A stretch of DNA of 64,000 bases from Anaerolineales bacterium (lineage in GTDB: Bacteria > Chloroflexota > Anaerolineae > Anaerolineales > E44-bin32), in NCBI GenBank assembly GCA_037382465.1, contig JARRPX010000004.1, positions 76,204 to 140,203 on the forward strand, in the 5' to 3' direction. Numbering within the stretch: the first letter of the stretch is position 1; each line of letters starts with the position of its first letter. Both the position numbers and the translations under genes were made by a program. Below the pieces are notes generated by a model. It was given only the letters and a program-made list of their open reading frames with translations, did no database searches and had not been told where the DNA came from. Below are positions 54,285 through 63,227 of this stretch, piece after piece.

Positions 54285-55919
54285 ATGTCTGAAGCGCAAG
54301 AAAAAGCGGCATCCCCACGTGTATTGGTGATCGCGGATGTCGAAAGCAATGCAGAAGCGCTCATTGATCGTGTCTTTCGCCCTGCCGGGATTCAGGCTTC
54401 GACCTCAAACACGGATGGTCCACCACCGGACATCCTGGTTCTCGACATCACCCAACTACGCGGAGATCCACTGGCGAACTTACGCAACATGCGTGCGCAA
54501 GGTGAAGAAGCGCCCGCCATCGTACTCGCGGCTCACTTCCCCCATTCCCGCATACGAGACATGTTCCGTCTCGGTGTGAATGACTTTTTACTCAAACCCT
54601 ACCGGTCGGAAGTACTATGTCAAGCCATCCACGACATGGGTGAAAGCCGTTCGATCGAAGCAAACACCAAGATACTGGCGCGAAGGCTGGAGGGGATGCG
54701 CGAGCAATTCCGACGGCGATCGGAGGAAATTCGCCTTCTAACCGAGATCGGCCGCGTGGTCGTCAGCCTTGGCGACCTGGATTCCATTCTTCGCCGCGTC
54801 GTGGAAGCAGCCGCCTTTGTAACCGACGCCGAGGAAGCCAACATCTACCTGGCCGAACCTGGCACCAAAGAGTTGGTGCTGCGCGCTACGAAGAGCCTCA
54901 ACGAACGGCATGCAACATTGCAGCGCTTGCGTGTCGAGGACACGTTGACGGGAGAAGTGTTCACGACCGGGGAGCCGATGCTGCGCCAGCCTTCCCTGGA
55001 AGGTGGGGCGATCAAGGTTCAAACGGGTTTCATGGTGCAATCACTCGTAAAGGTTCCCATCCGGGCGCGGAACAGCATCGTCGGCGTGCTGGGCATATAC
55101 AACGGCATCACCCCGCGCCGATTTAGTCAGCATCACCTTACCTTGTTGATGGCGCTCGGTCACTGGACGGGCGTGGCGCTGGAATACGCCAACTTGATGC
55201 GCGTGGCGGAAAACCCGGCAGCACCCAACCAAACCCTCACAGCCGTTCCCAACGATCTGATCGAAGGACTCGATGAGTGTATTCAAATCATCGAACCGAT
55301 GATCAACGGCGCAACGGAAGCATCGAGTAGAGAACAGCGGCGCAACTTGAACGAACTCCACAGGCATCTACTCATGCTGCGTGCCATGCCCATGGCGACG
55401 CTCGACGTCGAAGAAGCACAAGAAATGGTCGACTTACCCGGTATTATGGAGCAGGTACTCCGGGAAATGCGGCGTCCGGCAGCACGCAGAGGTCTGGAGA
55501 TAATCATCGACGAAAGCCCCCCACTGCCTCTTTTTCGCGGCGATAGCAACCGCACCCATCGCATCATCCAAACGCTCGTCGCAGCTGCGATCCGGCGAAC
55601 GTCGCGCGGCCGCATCGTTCTCGAAGCCCATCGTGTCGAAATGCTCCGAGGCCGCAGTACCAGCATTCCCATCCCGAGGCACATCCAACTCAACGATGGG
55701 TTGTGGGCCATCGTGAGAATTTCGGATACGAGTCCCGGTCTCTCGCCGGATACGGTTCACGCGCTGACGAAAGAAGAAATCGATCCGTCCGCCGGACAGA
55801 TCGGACCGGGGCTTTCTTTAGGTGAGATTCGTATGATGCTTGAAAGCATGAACGGAAGATTGTGGTACGAACACACACCCGCAAGCACCAGCATCGTCTT
55901 CTCCCTTCCAATAACCTGA
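54285..55919 (+). CDS. REC, GAF, histidine-kinase-like protein with degenerate H-box and N-box
   Basis: The REC domain reads VLVIADVE...ILVLDITQ...LLKPY. The GAF domain reads LTEIGRVVVSLGDLDSILRRVVEAAAFVTDAEEANIYLAE.... The C-terminal GHKL-like part has DSNRTHRIIQTLVAAAIRRT, SDTSPGLSP and GPGLSLGEI. NDLIEGLDECIQ occupies the position of the SHELRTPL H-box. Confidence 0.75.
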   Translation: MSEAQEKAASPRVLVIADVESNAEALIDRVFRPAGIQASTSNTDGPPPDILVLDITQLRGDPLANLRNMRAQGEEAPAIVLAAHFPHSRIRDMFRLGVNDFLLKPYRSEVLCQAIHDMGESRSIEANTKILARRLEGMREQFRRRSEEIRLLTEIGRVVVSLGDLDSILRRVVEAAAFVTDAEEANIYLAEPGTKELVLRATKSLNERHATLQRLRVEDTLTGEVFTTGEPMLRQPSLEGGAIKVQTGFMVQSLVKVPIRARNSIVGVLGIYNGITPRRFSQHHLTLLMALGHWTGVALEYANLMRVAENPAAPNQTLTAVPNDLIEGLDECIQIIEPMINGATEASSREQRRNLNELHRHLLMLRAMPMATLDVEEAQEMVDLPGIMEQVLREMRRPAARRGLEIIIDESPPLPLFRGDSNRTHRIIQTLVAAAIRRTSRGRIVLEAHRVEMLRGRSTSIPIPRHIQLNDGLWAIVRISDTSPGLSPDTVHALTKEEIDPSAGQIGPGLSLGEIRMMLESMNGRLWYEHTPASTSIVFSLPIT

Positions 55920-55932
55920 TCGGAGCGGGATC

Positions 55933-56475
55933 ATGAATGGAAAACCAACGTCGGTCGAAGTCTACACCGAAACGCACAGAATACTGGGAAGGGTCCAGGC
56001 AGGACCCACAGGACTGTTCAGCTACATCAACATTCCAACGCGCTCCTACATCGAGATGGAAGGTGCGCATCTTTCGCGCCTGCACCAACCCTCCAAGTTG
56101 ATCGCCCGCCACCCTACGCTGTGGCTGGTGAAGAGCGAAGTGGTGGTCATTCTACTCAGCAGCCGCTCCGAACTCGGCGCAGCGAGCTTCGCTCGAGGGG
56201 GGTATACGAGTAAAATTCCGCATTGGGTACGCATTCTCATGGGGGGCTACGAAATGCGTGGCATGGTGGAAACTTCAGGCAAATTCAACTTCGGTTCGAT
56301 CATGTTCGAGGGCGATTCGTTGTTCATCCCCATCTACCACACAGATTTCAACGCAATCCTCTTCCCCGCAGTCCGGACCCGTTCTCCCGTCGGTCTGATC
56401 AATCGCAAGATGGTCGATGGGATCGCCTTGCTGCCCAAAGAAGAAATCCCCCAGCCGAAGGACGACGCCGGATAA
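55933..56475 (+). CDS. hypothetical protein with an internal duplication of a small beta-rich (Sm-like pattern) module
   Basis: 180 aa, starting 13 nt after the upstream gene. Repeat 1 is VEVYTETHRILGRVQ...TLWLVKSEVVVILL and repeat 2 is VRILMGGYEMRGMVE...VGLINRKMVDGIALL. Confidence 0.55.
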   Translation: MNGKPTSVEVYTETHRILGRVQAGPTGLFSYINIPTRSYIEMEGAHLSRLHQPSKLIARHPTLWLVKSEVVVILLSSRSELGAASFARGGYTSKIPHWVRILMGGYEMRGMVETSGKFNFGSIMFEGDSLFIPIYHTDFNAILFPAVRTRSPVGLINRKMVDGIALLPKEEIPQPKDDAG

Positions 56476-56588
56476 TCCGCAAGTCTGCGACTCGGGCGAT
56501 GGATTTACGCCGGACATCCGGGCACGGACGTCCCTAAGCGTTCTATTTCGGAATCATACGGGTGAGCTGACGATCGATCGGGCTCGAG

Positions 56589-57281
56589 TTACATCGACTC
56601 TTTTACGATCTTCACCCCGGCGCTCGCACCGATTCTCGTTGCCCCGGCAGCGATCATTTGCTGTGCCTGCGCGTACGTGTGAATCCCGCCTGCGGCTTTC
56701 ACGCCGATATCAGGTCCCACGACGTGGCGCATCAATGCCACGTCTTCGATGCTCGCTCCACCAGGGCCGAAACCCGTCGAGGTTTTGACAAAATCCGCCC
56801 CTGCATCCACTGCAGTCTGACAGGCAGTTTCCTTCTCTTCGTCCGTGAGCAACGCGGCTTCGATAATCACCTTGAGGATGGCTTCACCTTGGTGACAGGT
56901 ATCTGCTACTTTGGCCATATCCTCCCGCACTACATCCATCTGGTCCGATTTTAACGCACCGATGTTCATCACCATATCTACTTCGCTCGCCCCGTCCCGC
57001 AGCACCCGCTGCGTCTCGAAGACCTTGACTTCCGTAAGCGTGGCGCCCAGTGGGAAACCTACGACCGAACACACCAGGCTGTCTGTCCCACCGAGCAGCT
57101 GCGCGCACAGTTTTACATAGTAGGGGTTCACGCATACTGTATAGAATTTGTATTCCACGGCCTCGTCACAAAGCTGGCGGATTTGGTCCTCGCTGGCATC
57201 CGCTTTGAGCAGCGTATGGTCGATGAGGCGGTTGATAGGCACCTGGGTTGATTCTTTATTCGTCACAACACTACCCTCCAT
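56589..57281 (-). CDS. deoC: deoxyribose-phosphate aldolase
   Basis: Motifs are [28 protein letters not shown] and the Schiff-base lysine context DFVKTSTGF. Confidence 0.92.
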   Translation of the reverse strand: MEGSVVTNKESTQVPINRLIDHTLLKADASEDQIRQLCDEAVEYKFYTVCVNPYYVKLCAQLLGGTDSLVCSVVGFPLGATLTEVKVFETQRVLRDGASEVDMVMNIGALKSDQMDVVREDMAKVADTCHQGEAILKVIIEAALLTDEEKETACQTAVDAGADFVKTSTGFGPGGASIEDVALMRHVVGPDIGVKAAGGIHTYAQAQQMIAAGATRIGASAGVKIVKESM

Positions 57282-57511
57282 TCGTTGGCAATGGGAAGAA
57301 TGCGCTTCTGTTTTCGATTCTCAATGGTTATTCTATGCCGTACGACCCTTTCCAGGCAAGCATGCCGGTCCGGTTCGAACGGCTTGCGGCGCCTCTCCCG
57401 ACAGCAAACGGGAGTTAATCAAAACAGATTGGGAGTCTGAAGGATGCGTTTTTGGTTTCGGCGCGGTTTTAAGTTATCATGCGGTTGACAAAATGAATCC
57501 AGGGGGATGCA

Positions 57512-59872
57512 ATGAGATTGTTCTCTTTCAGCATGGCTTGGCTGGCCGGAATCGGCATCAGCCGGGCCGTATCGATTGATTCCACAGAGTGGTCAATACT
57601 TGCGGGGATTTCGCTGGCCGCGTTGCTTCTCTTCCGCCGCAATCCGCTTTCCCAAGTCATGTTTTCGCTCAGCTTGTTTTTCTCACTGGGAGGGTTGCGG
57701 TACGTAACGTCCCTCCCCAGGATCGATGCGAACCACGTCGCCAGCCACAACGATCGCGGATTGCCTGTCACGATCGAAGGCATCATCGTCGCCTCACCCG
57801 ACCTGCGCGATACGTACACGGGTTTGAAAATCGAAGCCCAAAGAATCCAAACCTTGGACGGCGAACAGACCCGGGTGATATCGGGCAGACTCCTGGCGTA
57901 CGTGTCTCCGTTCGAGGAATACAGCTACGGGGACAGCGTTCGCCTGACCGGATTCGTCGAGACACCTCCCGTCTTCGAAACGTTTTCCTATCGAGAATAC
58001 CTCGCCCGGCAGGGAATTCACAGCCTGATGCAAGATCCCGTGATCGCCATATTGGAAAAGAGAGTGGGTCATCCCCTGCTTCAAAGCGTATACGATTTCC
58101 GCGGGCGCGCATTGGAAATCGTGCAGAAGATCTTTCCCGATCCGGAAGCGTCCCTGCTCGCCGGAATACTGCTGGGCATCGAAAGCGGCATCTCACCCGA
58201 AGTACGTACGGCGTTCGACAAGACCGGCACGACGCACATCATCGCCATATCCGGATTCAACATCACCATCATCAGCGCCCTCTTCATTTCACTGTTCGGA
58301 CGCTGGCTGGGCGTTCGTCGGGGCGCCGTCGCAGCCGGGTTGGCGATTTGCTTGTATACCATCTTCGTCGGCGCAGACGCAGCCGTGGTGCGTGCGGCCA
58401 TCATGGGCGGCTTCGTCCTGTTGGCGAACCGCATCGGCCGGCAGACGCACGGCATGGCCTCCCTGGGAGGCGCAGCGATCTTGATGAGCATCATCAACCC
58501 GAGCGTGCTCTGGGACGTGGGATTTCAACTGTCTTTTGCGGCCACGTTGGGCCTCATCCTTTACGCCGAACCCCTTCAGAATTGGTTCGTACGCACAGCC
58601 AGCAGATGGGTGGAGGAAAGCCTCGCAGAACGCCTCGCCGGACCCATCGGTGAATACATTCTCTTCACCCTGGCTGCACAGCTCACCACGCTGCCCCTGA
58701 TCGCATACTATTTCCGCCGCATCTCGCTCGCCTCGTTCCTCACCAATCCCGTGATCTTGCCGGTCCAACCCGCGGTGATGATCCTGGCGGGATTGGCCAC
58801 CCTGGCGGGCTGCTTGTGGCTTCCGTTGGGGAACGTCCTCGCCTGGGGCGCGTGGCCTTTCGCGGCGTTTACCATTCGAACGGTCGACTATTTCTCCCGT
58901 TGGAACGCAGCCAGCTTTTCCCTGGGCCCCGTTTCGTTCTTCGTCGTCGCAGGATTCTATCTGGTTCTCTTCACCCTCACCGCGAACCTTCGAATTCCGG
59001 CGGAACGCCATCCCCGCCTGGCGTGCGTGCGCACGCGTTTGGAATCGCTGCGACTATCGAAAACTGCGACGCTGGCTGCGCTGGCCGTGCTGGCCGGGTT
59101 CACCTGGCGCGGCGTCGTCGACCGATCCGACGGACGTTTGCACCTCACCATGCTCGACACGGCTGGCGGCGACGCCATACTGATCCAGACCCCCACAGGG
59201 AGGCACGTCCTCGTCGACGGCGGCAGCAGTACGATGCGTCTGTCCACCGCGCTGGGTCGACGGCTTCCACCGCTCGCTGCCCACCTGGATTGGCTCGTGG
59301 TCGGCGGGACAAACGAAGAACAGATCGCAGGATTGGCGAGCGCCGTCGAACGTTTCTCGATCGGCGGGGTTCTCATTTCAGGGGATCCGAGCGGCCCGGC
59401 CTACAGCAAGTTGATCGACTCCCTCATGGAAATGGGCAGCGAAATCTGTTATGCAGCCCGCGGACAGATTCTCGATCTTGGATCGGGAGCACATCTCGAG
59501 GTCGTCGAGGTTGGCCGGCGCGGCGCGATCCTTCGGGTTACTTACGGGCAAGCGAGCTTCCTGCTCACACCTGGGGCGGACCCCGCGTTGGTCGAAGCGT
59601 TGCAGCAAAATCGCAGTTTTACAACCGCTACGGCGCTGATGCTCGCAGACAGCGGATACGGCGCGGTAAACCCGCCCAGTCTGATCGCCCGCCTGCAGCC
59701 CCGACTGGCTCTGGTTTCCGTGACGGCCGGGAACGATCGCAACCTGCCCGACTGGCGCGTGCTTGAAGCACTGGAGGGAACGACGCTTCTGCGTACCGAC
59801 CAACATGGCTGGATTCACTGCTTCAGCGATGGAGAAAAACTTTGGGTCGAGGTCGAGCGAACGCCAAACTGA
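57512..59872 (+). CDS. comEC: DNA internalization competence protein ComEC/Rec2 (competence domain plus metallo-beta-lactamase domain)
   Basis: 786 aa. The polytopic core has GTTHIIAISGFNITII. The C-terminal MBL-like region reads LHLTMLDTAGGDAILIQTPTGRHVLVDGG. Confidence 0.9.
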   Translation: MRLFSFSMAWLAGIGISRAVSIDSTEWSILAGISLAALLLFRRNPLSQVMFSLSLFFSLGGLRYVTSLPRIDANHVASHNDRGLPVTIEGIIVASPDLRDTYTGLKIEAQRIQTLDGEQTRVISGRLLAYVSPFEEYSYGDSVRLTGFVETPPVFETFSYREYLARQGIHSLMQDPVIAILEKRVGHPLLQSVYDFRGRALEIVQKIFPDPEASLLAGILLGIESGISPEVRTAFDKTGTTHIIAISGFNITIISALFISLFGRWLGVRRGAVAAGLAICLYTIFVGADAAVVRAAIMGGFVLLANRIGRQTHGMASLGGAAILMSIINPSVLWDVGFQLSFAATLGLILYAEPLQNWFVRTASRWVEESLAERLAGPIGEYILFTLAAQLTTLPLIAYYFRRISLASFLTNPVILPVQPAVMILAGLATLAGCLWLPLGNVLAWGAWPFAAFTIRTVDYFSRWNAASFSLGPVSFFVVAGFYLVLFTLTANLRIPAERHPRLACVRTRLESLRLSKTATLAALAVLAGFTWRGVVDRSDGRLHLTMLDTAGGDAILIQTPTGRHVLVDGGSSTMRLSTALGRRLPPLAAHLDWLVVGGTNEEQIAGLASAVERFSIGGVLISGDPSGPAYSKLIDSLMEMGSEICYAARGQILDLGSGAHLEVVEVGRRGAILRVTYGQASFLLTPGADPALVEALQQNRSFTTATALMLADSGYGAVNPPSLIARLQPRLALVSVTAGNDRNLPDWRVLEALEGTTLLRTDQHGWIHCFSDGEKLWVEVERTPN

Positions 59873-59967
59873 TCCAGATTGAGATGGACGCTTCAACGCT
59901 GTGAGATGGTTTTGCGCCCTTCGCTCCGTATGCTACAATTTCGGCAACTTCGTACCGCAGGCGGTGC

Positions 59968-61002
59968 ATGATGCAGTTGACGAAACGTCTTCCCATCCTT
60001 CTGATCGTCTGCCTGGCGGCATGCAACGCGCCAATCCAAAAGAAAACGGCGGCCCCGACGGCCACACCCGAGCCTACGGAAGCTCCAACGGAATTGCCGA
60101 TCGACACCACCACGCCCTCCCCCGAGCCGGTCGAGACGGCCAATCCCTTCGGTGGACTCGGGCAGATCATGTTTCTCGTATCGCAGGGTGGCCAATCCGA
60201 CATGTATGTCGTCAACACGGATGGAACGCAGCTCACACGTTGGCAGCCCCCCATCGACGGCGTATCGGAATTCGACTGGTCGCCCGACGGCACCCGGCTC
60301 GCGGTTGTCAGCAACGCCGACGGCGATGATGAAATCTACGTCATGAATGCCGACGGTACGGATCTCAAGCAGTTGACCAACAACGACGCAGCCGACCGAG
60401 ACCCGGATTGGTCGCCGGACGGAAACAAGATCGCATTTTACTCGATGCGGGACGTGATTCCGGGTTACGAAGGCCCGCCTCCGGAAATCTACGTGATGAA
60501 CGCCGACGGCTCCCAGCAAACCCGAATAACCAACAACGAAACCAGCGACACCTGCCCCAATTGGACCCCAAGCGGCTCGCACATCGCTTTTACTTCCTTC
60601 CATTTCTCGTATGTGTCGAGCAGGATCAACATCATGCGCGCGGACGGGAGCGAAGAAACCTTACTGGTCGATACAGACGGAGACGAAGGCTGCCCGCGTT
60701 GGTCTCCCGACGGAACGCGGCTCATCTTCGAATCACGCTATCGCGACGCCAGTTTCATCATCCTCACGGACGCCTATGGTATGAACGAAACACCCCTGAC
60801 GGACGGCAGCGCCAACGATCGTGATCCGAACTGGTCACCGGACGGACAGTGGATCGTCTTTGCTTCGGACCGCAACGACGGCGATGATCTCTACATCCTC
60901 TCTGCTATCGGAACGGACCTCGTGAATCTGACGCTGAATCCGTCTGTGCACGAACGAGCGCCGGTTTGGGTGCTTCCGGGAACCATTCTACTGGCGGAAT
61001 AA
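59968..61002 (+). CDS. TolB-like lipoprotein with PD40/WD40-like beta-propeller repeats
   Basis: Lipobox is LAAC, followed by a PT-rich linker. DWSPDG / NWSPDG repeat units occur at least 6 times. Confidence 0.8.
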   Translation: MMQLTKRLPILLIVCLAACNAPIQKKTAAPTATPEPTEAPTELPIDTTTPSPEPVETANPFGGLGQIMFLVSQGGQSDMYVVNTDGTQLTRWQPPIDGVSEFDWSPDGTRLAVVSNADGDDEIYVMNADGTDLKQLTNNDAADRDPDWSPDGNKIAFYSMRDVIPGYEGPPPEIYVMNADGSQQTRITNNETSDTCPNWTPSGSHIAFTSFHFSYVSSRINIMRADGSEETLLVDTDGDEGCPRWSPDGTRLIFESRYRDASFIILTDAYGMNETPLTDGSANDRDPNWSPDGQWIVFASDRNDGDDLYILSAIGTDLVNLTLNPSVHERAPVWVLPGTILLAE

Positions 61003-61037
61003 CCCGGCTCCGGCCTAGAAACGGTTATCAAAACGAA

Positions 61038-61078
61038 GCCGCTCCCCACGATGAAGCCCTCGGGGAGCGGCTGTTTCA
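61038..61078. terminator. bidirectional rho-independent terminator between convergent genes
   Basis: Perfect 10-bp stem GCCGCTCCCC / GGGGAGCGGC with a 14-nt loop. It is flanked by TGTTTCATT on the plus strand and TTCGTTTTGA on the minus strand. Confidence 0.65.
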
Positions 61079-61098
61079 TTCAGTCGGAAAACACAACA

Positions 61099-62973
61099 TC
61101 AAGGCAGCTTCACCACCAGATTGTCGAACGCCACGGAAAAGCCGCCTTCGGTGTACGTCCCGGCGATCAACCCGATATCGCCGTCCGTGAACGTGTAATC
61201 CGTGACTTGCGCGACGACGATGTCGTTGATCGCAAGCGTCAGTTCGCTGCTGATACATGCGGCCGTAATCGTGTAGGAACTATTTTTAGGAATTTCACGT
61301 GTGTAATCCCATTCCCACAACCATTCGATGCCGTAATCTTCCGCTTTCCAGATGGAAAACCAGCCATCGCCGGTCATCGTCATGGCGTAAAAATTGCCGT
61401 CATCTTCGGCGCGGCAGATCACGCCGAAATCCGCGCCCTCCACCGGCGTGACGATGCGTGAATCGACGCTGAGAATCAAATCGCCGTAACTCTTTCCCGG
61501 ATTTCCCCAGAAGTAATACCCCTCCCAATTGATTTGAAAGACATACTCGCCGTTTTGGTAGCCAACGAAAGCGGCTTCATTGCGCTCGTGCCGCCAGCCC
61601 GCAGACCTACTCGAAAAATCTTCCTGATAGACGAGTGTCTTCCCCTGTGGCATCGTAATGTTCGGTTTGGGCTGCTCGACGATGTTGTATTCGCCGCGCT
61701 GTGCGGCCTCGATCAAGGGCATGGCCAGATCGATCGGGCGCAACGCATTGATGAAACCGCCCGTCGGAACGCAGCTGTCCCGTCCATCGACAACCCCGTC
61801 GCGGTTGGTGTCGACGATCACGCGGCAATCCACGAACTGATCCTCTCCACCGTAGCCAAGTTGTGTGGGAATGGCGACCAGATATCCTGCCGAATCGACC
61901 ACCAAACCTCCACTGTTCCCGCCCGCGATCGTCGCCGAAGTCTTGATGAAGGCGCGATCGCCGTACGTCTCCTCGGAGGTAAAACCGCTCACTTCGCCAC
62001 GCGTGAGCGTAATCGTCTGCCCGCCGATTCCCGGATAACCGAGAATGATCAACGAGTCCCCCAATTGAATCTGGCCGGCATCTCCCAGAGGCACCGCCGG
62101 TAAGTTGAGCTCGGACGGAACGATCTCATGCTTGTCGATATTCGTGGTGATGCGGATCACAGCGACGTCGAGTTGATAGTCGGCTTGAAGTACCTCGGCG
62201 TAGTAAGCATCGGTAGGCGGTTGATCCGGCTCGCCGGTCATCGAAATCTTGAGTGCGTCGACGGGAAAAAACTTGTCTGGCAGCACGACGTGAGCGTTGG
62301 TCAAAATCAAACCGTCAGAGGAGATGATCGAACCGGATCCGCTCCACCCCGGTGTAAGGCTCCCGTTTTCCATGTACATTGCCGTGATTTTGACAACCGA
62401 GGAAAATGGAATTTCGGAGGCCGGCTTGGGCGTCGGAGCCTGCGTTGCGATCGCCTCCACGTCGTCTGCCAATTCTTCCGCTGCACCATCGATCACCAGG
62501 CTTGTGGCCGCAGAAACCTGCTTCGATCCCGCCTTGACGTTGAAGCTGCCGTTGAATTCTACAGCCTCGCCGGCCTGCATGCGGAAGCGGAACTCGCGCA
62601 CTTCCTGGGGAACGAGAATGAAATCGATCACGAAGCCGGTCATTGAGCCTTCATTCACCTGATCGAGCGACCCGGGAAAGACATCGAGCACCGTGGCAGC
62701 CTCGAGAAGATTCTGCGGCAGCAGGATCTCATCCACGGTCAGGTTTCCACTGCCGAGATTTTCCACGTCGACAAACACATCGAACGTATCTCCGACCGTT
62801 ACCTCGGAAGGCGCACGCACCTCGACCTGCATATCGCTCGAAGAGCCGGAAAGAAAGCCCAGGCCGCCTTCGAAGATCCCCAAACTCGAGATCGCGAACA
62901 CCGCGACGGCGATCAGCATGCCTACATTTGCAATCGCTAAAATGATGATGATGGTTTTCGTTTTCCTTTTCAT
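61099..62973 (-). CDS. membrane-anchored trypsin-like serine protease (S1C/HtrA-like core) with N-terminal Ig-like (CARDB-like) and C-terminal jelly-roll (DUF1080/LamG-like) domains
   Basis: ATG 62973 starts MKRKTKTIIIILAIANVGMLIAVAVFAI. The catalytic contexts are LTNAHVV, DVAVIRI and GNSGGLVVD. The C-terminal 190 aa are beta-rich and end GGFSVAFDNLVVKLP. Confidence 0.8.
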   Translation of the reverse strand: MKRKTKTIIIILAIANVGMLIAVAVFAISSLGIFEGGLGFLSGSSSDMQVEVRAPSEVTVGDTFDVFVDVENLGSGNLTVDEILLPQNLLEAATVLDVFPGSLDQVNEGSMTGFVIDFILVPQEVREFRFRMQAGEAVEFNGSFNVKAGSKQVSAATSLVIDGAAEELADDVEAIATQAPTPKPASEIPFSSVVKITAMYMENGSLTPGWSGSGSIISSDGLILTNAHVVLPDKFFPVDALKISMTGEPDQPPTDAYYAEVLQADYQLDVAVIRITTNIDKHEIVPSELNLPAVPLGDAGQIQLGDSLIILGYPGIGGQTITLTRGEVSGFTSEETYGDRAFIKTSATIAGGNSGGLVVDSAGYLVAIPTQLGYGGEDQFVDCRVIVDTNRDGVVDGRDSCVPTGGFINALRPIDLAMPLIEAAQRGEYNIVEQPKPNITMPQGKTLVYQEDFSSRSAGWRHERNEAAFVGYQNGEYVFQINWEGYYFWGNPGKSYGDLILSVDSRIVTPVEGADFGVICRAEDDGNFYAMTMTGDGWFSIWKAEDYGIEWLWEWDYTREIPKNSSYTITAACISSELTLAINDIVVAQVTDYTFTDGDIGLIAGTYTEGGFSVAFDNLVVKLP

Positions 62974-63227
62974 CCGACACCTCTTCCGTACCGAGGAAGA
63001 TGCGGAATGTTCGCCCTCCAGCTCAACAAACCACATCTCGCCAGCTGTTCAAGCTGAATAGTATAAGATTTCGCAATCGCAGACAACATCCAATTCATCC
63101 CATATGCATCATCCCGCTGATGGATTGGTGCTCAAGGACATCCACTAGAAAAATCATGCTTTACCGTTCTCTTTTTTCCCGATTTTGAATACACTTAGGT
63201 TTGCCAGAGATCAACGTGGAGGAGAAG

